From Neodothiora populina (lineage: Eukaryota), in the NCBI RefSeq assembly GCF_041146345.1, contig NW_027191411.1, positions 1,550,001 to 1,614,000 on the forward strand: a DNA stretch of 64,000 nt, read 5' to 3'. This document shows positions 39,030 through 50,733 of this stretch, piece by piece. Position 1 is the stretch's first letter, and every line of letters starts with the position of its first letter. The notes beneath the pieces were generated by a model that saw only the letters and a program-made list of their open reading frames with translations, was not told the DNA's origin and did no database searches. The position numbers and the translations under genes were made by a program.

Positions 39030-39875
39030 CGTACCAGTTAGCTACACTGACCACTTCCCTCTCCCCCGCCACCTCTTTTCTGCTTGCGCAATTAAGCTGG
39101 CTGCCTGAATATCTTGAAACCCTGGCCTTCCGTGCGTGGTGGGTCCTTCTTCCGCGTTTAGAAAGACGGGTAGTCGCCTCTTGTTCCTTTTCCTTTTCTA
39201 TCTGCTTGTATCGCTTGTTTTAATCTGCCCTTCCTCTTTCGCAACTAGGGAGGTGGAGTGGTCGCCTCTTGTCCCTTACCTCTTGCTTTTGATCACTTGT
39301 AGCAACCCCGCTTGAATTGCTTCGTTCTTGCATTTCTCCGTATCGTATTGCACTGCACTGCAATGCGTGTCGTGGCGATATCCTCACTACGGCCTCCCTC
39401 GCGAGTTGTTTCCCGCTTTCAGTAATAGGTCTTTGTATCGAGGTGTGTTCGATGACTGAGTAGATACCCTTTTCACGGCAGTAGGGCGCGGGGTTAAAAC
39501 TGCTTGTAGGACTGCATGGTCTGCTAGGTGGATGTCTTGGGTGCGATCTCCTGGGTAGGGTCTAGCCTAGCCTAGCCTGTCTTTCTAGGTCTGGTCTTCG
39601 AGTCGTGCTTCGACTTGGGGGTTAGCAGATTTTGCTCGGCCCAGGGTGTGCTGTTCCAGAGGTTGGCATTCGAGGCCTTTTCTTGTCGAGTATGTTGCTA
39701 GTGCAGCAGCGGTTGTGATATGCGCTTTGCTGGCTCTGGTGTGGGAACGAAGAGCGTTGTTGGTTATTGTCGGAACCGCTCGCGGTTTTATATGGTTACG
39801 TTGCTTCGATGTCGGGGCTCCGGGGGTGAGTGTAGTTAGGTAACTATACTCCTTTGGCCGGGGCTTAGACAAATA
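39030..39875 (+). ncRNA. Candidate large structured ncRNA, family unassigned
   Basis: More than ten helices of 7-15 bp with many G.U pairs that form only on the + strand, and no credible CDS. Details under findings. Confidence 0.6.
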
Positions 39876-39989
39876 ACCAAGCCGATTTCCTCGCCATCTT
39901 GAATCAATATGAAGGAGAAACACGAGTCTCAATCATAACCCCCATCTGGCTGCCCATTGCCCGACGTAAACGACAAGCTAACCACACAC

Positions 39990-41454
39990 TCAACTAAGCT
40001 TAGCACCCTTGCCCTCCTTCTTCGCCTTCATCATGACGTCTCTAGTCAGCACCTCGCCAGACTTCTTCTCAGCAGACAGTCGTCCAATCTTCATCAATCT
40101 CGCAATCATATCCTCGTCTCCGAAATGGCTGTTGTGTTCAAAGTCCGGCTCTCGTACATAAGCGACTCTTGCCGCATCGACGAGGATGCGAGCAGTCATG
40201 CCGAAGACTCTATATCTCGGCTGAGCGAGTGCGTCATCACTTTCAGTCTCTGCTGGCTTTCTAGGCGGCGGTCTTGACCTTGCGGCAGTATCTGCAGCTT
40301 CCTTCTGGATTTCTCCCCCTTTGTGTTTCTGATCAGCGAGCAAAACAGGCGTCTGGCTCTTCGGCGAACACGGCGCAACACGTGCATCCAACCCGGTATT
40401 CTCGGCATTCGCAGACCGGAAAACACTCCCCTTTCGCACAGTCGGCACGAAGAACTGGTGCATGCGCCACGGCTCCTCGTGCCACGAGTGCCAGGCGCCT
40501 TTGTACCATGTGCCCGGCACGCCGTCTCGGTCTGCGGGCTCGAGATCGAGTGCAGAGAGGAAGTTTGCGAATGGCGCCGTGAATACTGCCGCGACTTCTT
40601 TGGCGTCTAGCTTGGGTAACAGATCGCGCGCGGGGTCGGGGTCGCGGGGACTGCTTCCGTTCAAATCGTCATCTTGCGTAGACGACTCATCCACCAAAGA
40701 CTGGTCATCGACCAGCGCTCGCTGTCGCTTATGCCTCAGCCACGCAACGCAGGGTCTGACGCCGAGCTCGGTCATGGCTAGGTTGGCTGGTAGTTCTGTG
40801 AGGTGCTCGACGGAGTATCCGGGTGGTAGTTTGTCGTCGCTCATCGGAAGTCCGATCTCTTCGAATGCCTCGCGGCGTGCCGTATGCCATGGCGTCTCTG
40901 ATAATGCATCCGCTTTGCCACCGGGCAGCGCTGCTTGACCTGCATCTGTTTTACACGCTCGTTAGCCTATCTACCTTACATTTTGAAGTCTGTCCGTTAA
41001 GCAGACACCAAAATCCACATGTAGCACGAAAACACGGGGGATGAAAAGACAGAACCATACAATTCCTAAGCTTACTACTCCTTATAGTAAGCACGACCCT
41101 CAAATCGCCCTTTGGATCCGCAAAAAGCAGTATCAAGACCGCAGCTCGCCGTGTCAAAGGCAAGTGGTAGTACTGTGTAGGCGGTGCGACGAAAGAGCGT
41201 AGACGGGCGATCGCAGCCTGTCATATTGTCTCTGTTAGCGAGGATACTAGAGGCGAATGGTATTTGTTCTTTTGTCATAGGTCTGGATTGGAATGTCCCA
41301 CGACTATGCTTTTCTTCTTTTTTTTCGTTTCAAAGGCAAGGCGGGCAGGGTATAGCAGATCCACCGTGACAATTCTTGAAAAGGTTGGATTCAAAGAGTC
41401 CAACTGAGAGACATACTGAGTACTCACCTTCGAAGCAGGAGAAAGAGCAACCAT
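39990..41454 (-). CDS. PCD1: Nudix CoA diphosphatase (NUDT7/8 family)
   Basis: MVALSPASK|AAIARLR..RRAAVLILLF..LRVVLTIR; Nudix box ALPGGKAD..ETPWHTARREAFEEIG; EVAAVFTAPF and VFGMTARILV. Two introns. Confidence 0.88.
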
Positions 41455-42215
41455 CGCTCGATATCGATTTCAAAATTTCACGACGATCTCATTAACACAA
41501 ATCTAAAAAAGCAAGGCTGGCTCACCCTTCCGAACCACACACTCCTACGAACAACCAAAAACAAGATGTATGTAATAGTGTTGCTAGTCTTCTCATTTGT
41601 ACACGATACCATGATGGATACAATCGATGAAGTCAATGGATCGACACGCTCGCTCGCTTAGCCGAGGTCCGATTAGATCGATAAGCTTGGCGGCTGGCTG
41701 TGCAGCAGCAGCATGGGGGAGCGAGTAGAGTTGCTTTGGACGCTCATGCATACATGTACTATACAACCATTCACGAGTGGGTTTCGTGCCATACTTAAGA
41801 GTGGAAGAGTGACAGAATGACAGGCTGTAAACAGATTTCAGTACAAGTATGGCCGATAAGCACATTCATTCATCACCACATTTTCTCGGAAAGCAGAATC
41901 ATGTAGAGAAAAGATCAGGCTCGATTGACACATTATGTATTCACCTTCCAATGTGTTCTTTGTATGACCAGACATGTAAAGAAGAAACGGTCAAAAAGAC
42001 AGTAAACAAGGAGATGAAGCACTTTGCAACAAGAAAAAGAAGACAGAAAATGAGATTACCACATGGCGAAATCGAAAAGGAAGAAAAGAAAACCCGATTT
42101 GAATTACATAAAAAGAACGCCACGCTTCCTGGTATCATCGATAAAAGTTTTTGGAACGGGACTCAACCAGAGGTCCATGGCAGGAAGTCATGTCGAACGA
42201 CTTTTGCACGCACTT

Positions 42216-45200
42216 CTATATCTTCGGCGCCGGGTCTTTCTCCCGTAACGTGCCAAAGAGGCTTTCCGGAGGTATGCGGGTGAGGTTGGCAGTCTGATCA
42301 GCACGCATACCGGCCCCGCCACCGTCTCTCATCTTCTGATAGCCTTCCTTCCTCCTCCTGTACCTTTCCATGATGATACCTGCAACGACAAGCAGGAAGA
42401 TGAGGGCCAGGGCAATGGCAAGCGCAATGAGCACTACGAATCCACGATCCATGTGATGAGCTACGCCAGTGTTAGTCGTCAAAGTGCTTCAAGCGCAAGA
42501 GAAAAGAGAAGACTTACTGCTAGTGGTGAGGAAGTTGCCGGGGTTCTGCACAAACATCCTCGCCAGACTGCTTTGGCCGCCGTTGGCCAGGTTTGTCAGC
42601 ACGAGCGGCTGGAAAGAAGTGCCGTTGAACAGGACGGCACTCGCGCTGCCATGGCTGGGGATTCTGATCGATCCAGTGATGAGCAAGACTTTGTTGCTAT
42701 CAACAAGAGAGGATGATTCGTGGTTTGAAGTCACACCCATGAGCTGAAGGCCTCGAATTGACGTCGAGTCATCGAGTCCGGCAACGCTAGTCCAGTTGTT
42801 ACCATCGTACTTGGAGAGGAAATAAGAGTTATTGCTCAAGGCATTGGTACCAGCCACCCAGAATTCATCGTACGCAGCGTTTGCGGGGGCAAGGGCCGTA
42901 ATAGGGCCCGGAAGAGTTGACGCTCCGTCGATCTCCTTGAATGTTGAAGACTTTGCATCATAGATTGCCATTGTCGTAGCATTTCCATTGACAGTAAGGT
43001 TACCCGCAAGAACGAGCTCGTTGTTGGAGGACCAGACCATAGATGAGACGGAGCCGCTAATTCCAGCACCAACAGACATCCATTGCATAGTCGAAGTGTC
43101 GTACATGCAAAGAGTTTCGCAAGAGAGCGAACCAGCGTTGCTGAAGCTACCACCAATATAGACCATGGAAGAGCTTGGCTGACTCGCGACAGCATTGACG
43201 GATACCGAGTCGCCGGACAAGCCGGGAGGCTGTGTTGCAGTGAGAGCACCAGCAACAAGATCGTACACTATGAGGCCATTGATGTCGTTGTCATTTGCTG
43301 TACCAGACACAACACCTCCTGCGTACAGCTTGGAGTCCATAGTATCCATTGCCAAGAATTGCGAATCAGCGGAGATGGTGTTCGGCAATCCGGTGACCGT
43401 CTGGTTGTCGTTGGTGTCGTCGAGAATGGCAAGATTGTTGATGGTAGAGCCATCGGTGGCATTGGCAGTGAAGTGTCCGCCCAGAATAGTTATGTTCAGA
43501 CCCTTCTCGACATAGAAGATGCCAGCCGCAACTCCAGTAATGTTCTGTGCTGTTGTAGTTGCTCGCTTGCTCAACGATGACGAAGATTGTTGGTCGTCAA
43601 ATGTAACACCGAGGGGCTGTAGTGCAGGTAGGCCAGAACCAGAAAGAGAAACAGCATCCTTCATACCGGACCGACGTATCGCGAACGACCCAGCATACAG
43701 GGATCCAAGTCCGGGCACGTTCGTTTGCGCGGTCAGTCCGCCCTCCACTTCGATTGAGCAAGCTGCGAGGTTATGTAGCCAGTTCTTGCGTGAAGGCACC
43801 CACACAGCGACACCGTTGGCAGCATACGTGCCGTTGCTGCCGAACCCAAGGACTTCGGAAAAGCCTCCGTTGACAATAAGAACGTCCTCGCGCTCCTCGC
43901 TAGTGACGTTGAGCTGCAGCGGTACGATAGACCAGACTGGGCCGTTGACACCGGCGCCGAGATTTTGCCATGCTTTGTCTGATGTCGAGAAGGCAGCGAT
44001 GCGGTTCAGACCCTGCGTGTCGTTATCAGCTGTATTGGTGAAGTTTCCTCCCATATACAGCATGCTGCCGTTCTGGTACATCACTAGGATCTCAGAGTTG
44101 AGTCCGTTTCCTGGAAGCGAGGTTGCATTGTTGCCATCGGTGACCGAGAGAACATTGCTTTCACCAGTCGCAGAAAAGTTTCCGACGACGTAGAGAGCGC
44201 CATCATCGAGCGCAATATCTTTGACAACAGCGCCGAAATCCAGATTCATGCCGGCAGCATCAATAGGGGAAGAGGCAAAGTCAGTAGCGACGATTGCTTC
44301 GTTGGGGTTGTACTCAAAGATACCATTCAGACCACCGGTAGAGGAAAGAAGCTCGAAGCGCACGCGCTGTGCCACTACTGTGAGATCTCCAGGTTGTCCA
44401 GCTGCTGGAGCAAGTGTGATTGTGGGCCTGAAAGTATCACTGTTGAGGTCAACATATCCATAATAAATCTGATCGTACTTGTCGAAGTCGTTTGTTTGGT
44501 ATAGAGTGGTGGAGATGGTAGCACCATCTGCAGTTGCAGTTCCAGTCACGTTAACAATCCCACGAGAAGAGCAAGTGTCGTCGTTGATGCATCCAGGTGT
44601 ATACAGGGTGATCGAGTAGTTGCCTGATTGCTTGATGTCGGGACGGAAGACCACCGAAGCATTGCTTCTGTCACTGCTGTCACTCTCGAGGTTGGCTGTG
44701 AGGTAGTCGGAAGTGCTTGAGCCAGAAGGAGTGTGCTTCCAAGGTCCTGTAGCGGTGGAGTTCGCGCCTGTGCTGACGTCGTCGCATCGAGGTTCGTTGA
44801 AGTCGGGGACGGCGAAGGCATAGATGTCATCCTGGAAAAGCTCAATGCCACTAAGGCCGCCGCCAGATCCATACCAGGCAGAAAGGTCGATCTGGAAACC
44901 GTCCATGCCGATAACATTGACGAAATGGAAGTCTTGATATGTACTGTTGTTCTCTGGAAGCGGACACAATGCTGAGCAGTACTGCTGTTGACCATTGGAA
45001 TCAAAGTAGGTGAGGTTCATGATGCCATGGCTGGGTGCAGCAGTGAATCTAAAGGTCTTGGTACCTCTGCCACCCTGAACGGCGTTGTAAAGACGGAGTT
45101 TGGTAGGATTGAAGCCGAAGCCGAAGCTTGCATTCCAGTAGCCGGCAGTATTGTCGCTCAACAACCAAGTGTTGCCTGTGCCGGCCTGGGCGCCTGTTTT

Positions 45201-45956
45201 GCAGACAATGTTGCTGGGATCGCTGAACCCGGAGGTCGAAGTAGAACCACGAGACGTGATGTTTCCAGCAGACAAGTTGATGACTTGCATGTCTCTGTCC
45301 TTGGGCGTCGTCGCATTGCCCAAGCCGGTAAAGGTTCCTCCGAAGACGATACTGCCGTTCGCGCTCTTCGTTATGGAGGAGACAGGGCCGTTGAAGCCAG
45401 CAAAGGGTAGGTTGGTCCATCCAGTAGTCCAGGCGATTGCATTAGTAGAGTTACCTCCGGTGAATGATCCACCAACGTAGACCATTGAAGCATCCTGGTC
45501 GCAGTAGACACTGTTGACGCTACCAGATAGACCAGGCAACGGTGTGACCTTGGAGGTGTTCGGGTTGAAGAGAGCAATGCCTTGTGTTTCTACTCCACCA
45601 AGGCTGGTGAAGTTACCACCGACGACCACACCTTCAAGAGTGCCATCCTTCAACAGGAAAGGGCACATGGTAGTGATGTAGGCATCGGACAGGACCAGGT
45701 TCTGAAAGTCGCCGTTGGGGTACTGTGATAACAGCCATTGACTGCCATTGATCGCGATAGTGTCTTCGTTTTGACCTTCGTAAGTGTAGAACGATACAGA
45801 GTCAAAATTACCAGCTAGTGCAACACGGCCGAGATTCGATAGATCCAAATTCGGGGAAGGCACAGAGCTTTGTGCGACAGCCTGTAGTCCAGGAAGCGAT
45901 GTGATTAAGAGCGCTGCGAGCCGGTATGGGCTCGACAGCAACGCGCGCCCCCTCAT
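42216..45956 (-). CDS. RAX2: Cortical cell-polarity protein Rax2 (type I membrane protein)
   Basis: Signal peptide, LGRVALAGNFD, repeated YVGGxF beta-rich units, PTKLRLYN and YTPGC. The last exon encodes TM GFVVLIALAIALA and a RIPP tail. Confidence 0.9.
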
Positions 45957-46994
45957 TGCATGCGTGTGATTTGAAATGGCCAATGGTTGACGAAGCGTGG
46001 TGCTGAACAGCTCGTCCGGGCGCAGGTGGAGCTGATTACACGTGCTACAAGCGCACTTAAATTGATGATATCCAGGTGTAGTTGTTGTTGTTATGCGATA
46101 GCAGTAGCAGAGTTATGACGTCCTTTGTGCTACCGTATACACTACCAAGATGTCCGGCTATTGGTGATGGGATGGGGGTTTTTGGGCTACGATGGACGGG
46201 CTGAATGTCGATCTCGGGGGTATTTTCTGAACGAATGAAAGTCGAGTCGCGATGCAGCCACAGCAAGTATCGTAGGAAAGTGCGACCGTAAGGGTCTTAC
46301 AATAAGGAACGTGGATAGGAAAAAAAAAGAATGAAGGACTGTGGTGAGATGGATTCTGATGGGTCGTAAAACGCGTCGCCTGCTCGTTGTCGATGAAGCA
46401 GAAGGAAACCTGCGCGCCTGTCGCTCGTCGTCCTTCAGGAATGAGAAAAGACACTCAACGGTATTCAAACGGCTTGAAGGGGGGGCTTTGCTACACAGCA
46501 ACGAGAGCGTAGTAGTATGTCCGTGCGTCTGCGGCAATGATTGGTCTGCACGGCGATCGTGTTTTCCCGCGTACGATCATTTATATTAAGATTTTGAGGT
46601 TACCCTAATTTGGGCGTACCTCGCTGTCGATTCTGGGCAATAAGCATTGAGCATTTAAGAGCCTTATTGTGTCATCCATGGTAAAGCACATTCGCTGAGG
46701 ATATCATGATCGCATTAACTACACACATAACCAGGAAGCCGCTGAGGGGGTATACAGCTATGTCTCAGCCTGCTGCAACAACCCCATATTCCGTGTGAGA
46801 CATCTCGAGACTTCCGCCTCCCTAAATGCAGGAACACCCCCGCTGTTTGTTTATCGTAGCTCGTAAAGGGCGCATGCACGCCAAGCTTGCATGCTTGCGC
46901 CTTACCACCATGTTGTCTCCTCGCCATGCACACGCGACTCTCCTTGTATCTAGGATAGAGTGCTCAAAAGAGTGTGCGATATCGAATTGCGAAA

Positions 46995-48251
46995 TCACAG
47001 GTCATTAAAACCCAGCAGGCGCTTGGGAAGTCCTTTGTCCACGACCGCCCACGCCCATGCTCTCCCAGCCTCGCCGCACCACAACGCCTCTGGATTTTCC
47101 GAAGGCTCCGACATGTCGTCCTTTGCCAACGACTTCATTTCGTGACCAGTGGTATAAGAAAGAAAATGCTCGCACTGCTTGTCTTCCAATGCAAAGGCGT
47201 TACCTGAAATACCTGCATCGAGAAATCGGATCAGCGTACTGGCTAATGAAACATTCATCTACTGATTCATGCAGGTCTTACCATGACACAAACATGCCTC
47301 TTTTGTCAAGAGACCTCGTTCCCATACGCACTCCCTGCCCTTCCTGATTGCCTTTTCGATCTTATCGGTGAGTTTCGGGAAATAGTCCTTGATGGACTCA
47401 AGACAGTTGATTACTCCCGGCGCTCCGTGGCAGACCTGCACCAATCTGTCTTTGCCTGGCGGAATGCTGCTCGGCCAGTTGCCGCCTTCGAATTGGTACG
47501 ACAGCCATGCTGCCAAGTCAGCTTCGACCTCTCTGGCGTATTTGGGATCAGTCAAGACGATCTGCGTAATGATGCCAAACGCGCCGTGCACGGCACCGAC
47601 GTAGGCTTTGCCCTGCCACTTCCAAGGTCTAGGTGAATCGAGGATCGACTCAACCACGTCAGCGGCCGTGTCATTGAGCATCTTGGTAGTCTTTTCATCA
47701 TCCAGAAAACTCGCCTTGACAAGACGTAGAAAGTAGAGGTAACCAGCGCGTCCGTAGAGCCACTCGTTCTCCGTGTCGGGATCGAGAACTTCTGCTGAGT
47801 AGTCACATAGCTCGGCGGCCATCTCTATATCCTTTGCACTGGCTGCGCCTATGGCCAGGAGAGCCAGGATATCGTCCATGATACCACATTTCCCAATGCG
47901 AGGTCCAGGGAAGGACTTGATGTGATCTTGAGATTGCGCCAAATACGCAGCAGACCAATGACCGAGCTGGAAACCCTCGATGAGTAAATCAGAGTAAAAC
48001 TGCTGCAAGATGAGAAACAGATATCCGATGCTCGTCGGCCCGTTGTAGAGCCCGCCACCAGCACGTAGTTCGGCTGGCGGATGCTGAGTGACGAGACGGG
48101 TGAGAGATGAAATAAGCTGTTTGTGCGGATCTGTTGTTGTTGTTATCGTCGGTTAGTATACAGGTAGTTGTTAGCGTACCGGATGTGCATTTCTATATTA
48201 CATACCTCTCGACGTCAGTTCGGCATCGTTTCTAAAGTATCTCGGCGCCAT
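46995..48251 (-). CDS. Lanthionine synthetase C-like protein (LanCL)
   Basis: MAPRYFRN.., GGLYNGPT, EWLYGRAGYLY, YVGAVHG, VQVCHGAPG, ACLCHG|ISGNA and GEAGRAW. Two introns. Confidence 0.9.
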
Positions 48252-48516
48252 CTTCTGCCACTTCATTTGTCTCTATATAGTTGCACGAAAGGTAAACTTT
48301 GTTATCGCCCGTATGAGAAGTGTTACTGTTCAAGAGATGGGGAGAATCAACAGAGTTGGTAAGTAGAGCCAGCCAAGGTAAGATAGCTTTTTGTCGCAAC
48401 CGAGTCGTCTGTGATGCGAAGAACGTGACACTAAAAGCATATATCCAGTTATACCCGTACTTTATGTTATGAAATGTGCTCACATGGCACAAGAAAGTCA
48501 ACAGGTGATCGCGTGC

Positions 48517-48521
<5 letters not shown>

Positions 48522-48556
<35 letters not shown>
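48522..48556. repeat. (AG)n microsatellite
   Basis: Perfect dinucleotide run upstream of the LanCL gene. Confidence 0.95.
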
Positions 48557-48560
<4 letters not shown>

Positions 48561-49181
48561 GTGGATAAGAGCGCTACCCATGCCAACCTATTATTATCTG
48601 GCAAGTCAGGTACTAGTACTACCTTACCTTACCTTACTTTTGCCTTGAAAAGCATTACAAGTCATCGCAGCCCGAGTTTCTGCAGGTGAGAATCAACAGA
48701 GATGACGTCTGCGGGGCTGGGGCGCGCTGGTGGGCTTTCTGTGTAAGGTACTGTACCTTACCTTACTCCAATTCACGGGTTGGCGAGCTTGGGTTTCATT
48801 TCAGGTTTACTTCAGATCGCATTTCAGTGGATGAGAAGGTGGAAGGAAAGATGAGGTAGTGTGTATATGGGCTCACGTATCACATGCGCCTTACTTTTCA
48901 CAGCTCGCTCGGTGCACAAAGGTGTGACGTGGACTGTATCTGTGGGGTGTCCTATCATTCGTGTAATCCATTATTTAATGCATTTATTGGTGAAAGGAGG
49001 GGTTTTGGCATGTCATCCACTGCTTAACTTTCCGCTATCCTGGTCATACAACGTCTTGCAGATAGATGATACGATAAAACTGGCCGAGAGCTTCAGGTAA
49101 AAGACAAATTGATGATGAGGTTTTCCTCGAGGTTTTTATAATATACCTGCCGTCTGAGACTCTATCGCATGCTTGCTACCA

Positions 49182-50303
49182 TTAAGCCTGGACTCTAAAG
49201 GTCCTGCCGCTCGCCGTCTTGCGCTCCTTCTCCTCGGCCTCTGGTCTTGCTCTGCGCAGCACTGTGATGCCATGTTAACAACCATATATGTGACAAGGGT
49301 AGTAAACAACATACCTTGCAGGAAGTCGGCGGTTCTTCTTCGCATTCTGGTGTTGATGTAGGCCTTTGCAGCCTTGATGTGGTAGTGAAAGTAATCGCGG
49401 AAGGTCTCGATGTGAGAGATGACATCCTCTCGTCGTGCTGCAGCAAGATGACGGGGGAAGAGCACTACAAGCATGTTAGCGATGCCCAACAGAGAACTTA
49501 TTTGGAAAAAGTGATGTTACCGAAAGTGATGTAGCCAACCTCGCCTGCGCCAGCAGTTGGTAGGCCAGGGAGGCCTTGTAGCTCGAGCGGCGGGTCGTTG
49601 CGGAAGAGCACCTGGGGCGCGTTCTGGATAGCTCTCCTTCGTGCGTCGACGAATTCTTGCAAAAAGACCTTGCCGAAGATACGGTCCGTCTCCTCTCTGA
49701 AAATAGTACTGAAAATAACGGTGACACGATCCGGGCTAGCCTTGATGTAAATGGCCTCCTCGTCGCGGTAGTGGACCGTCTTGACAGCACCACCCTCCTT
49801 CATGCCTGCGGGGGCGCTTTCCGAAGTGTACTTGCTAGCCTCTTCCTTCAATGCCGCGTATTCGTCAAAGGCCTGCTCAAAGGGTGCTGCCATGGCGTTT
49901 CGTCTCAGCAGACTGATCCTCCTGATCAGGTCATCCTTGGCTTCCTGCTCGGCGGGGAGAGTTTCGAGATCGACTTCGATGGAGAAATCATAACCGCTTT
50001 CGGGCTGGACGATGAAGGGGCCGTATTCGCGCTCTAGGATAGCCTGAGCTCCATAGTTGACGAGTTCGCCGAAGCACTTGATGGACAGGGAGATGAGGAT
50101 CTTGGTCTTGGTTGTCGGTGTGGAGATGTGGTAGGTGACACCGTCGAAGTCGGAGACAATTTGGTCAATTGAGGTAGGAGCAGCACTATGCTCTTGTCAG
50201 CGATTACAGAATATGCATCCAGCGTAGGGTCAATGCGATACCCCGAGAAGCGATCCTTGAGTAAGGACTCAATGAGGACGTTCTGATAGTCGAGGAGGAG
50301 CAT
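49182..50303 (-). CDS. ARC35: Arp2/3 complex 34 kDa subunit (ARPC2)
   Basis: MLLLDYQN, SDFDGVTYH, DRVTVIFST, KVFLQEF, FRDYFHYHIK and VLRRARPE..KERKTASGRTF. Three introns. Confidence 0.96.
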
Positions 50304-50733
50304 GGTTGCGGTTGGATGGGGGGGGGGCCTTCACCAGCAATTGCACCGCGCGGAAGGGAAGGAGGAACTAAGCAGGGCTTGTGCAGCTCAGACAAGTTAC
50401 GGGAATCAGTAGCGTATGTCCAGGTGGGATGGTCAATAGTGGGTGGTGGTATACAGTATAGCAAGCAGGGCTGAGGCAAGGTAGGCACCAATTACAGTAC
50501 ACTGTCTCCCGTAGCCTGAGGCAGCCATTGCTACCGCAGCCAGACACAGCGTCACCCACCAGGCAGGACCTCCGTGTCTGCCTTAGGGTTCAGTTCCACT
50601 TGGGGCTCTGCCAGGCAACCGGCGGATTTTAGAAGTCTGCTCCGCAAAGCTTGGCATTTCTGTATTGCATTCAAGAATTATTTTCCGAGGTCTTCTTGGC
50701 CGGTTGTTTTTTCGATCAACTGGCGATTATACA

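Noticed and set aside
39855..39870. GGGGCTTA as RNase MRP CR-V
   Set aside because: No matching upstream GAAAGTCCCC-like CR-I, and the preceding conserved adenines are absent.
46995..48251. LanC-like gene as part of a lanthipeptide (RiPP) cluster
   Set aside because: No dehydratase, precursor peptide or transporter is adjacent; stand-alone LanCL genes are common in eukaryotes.
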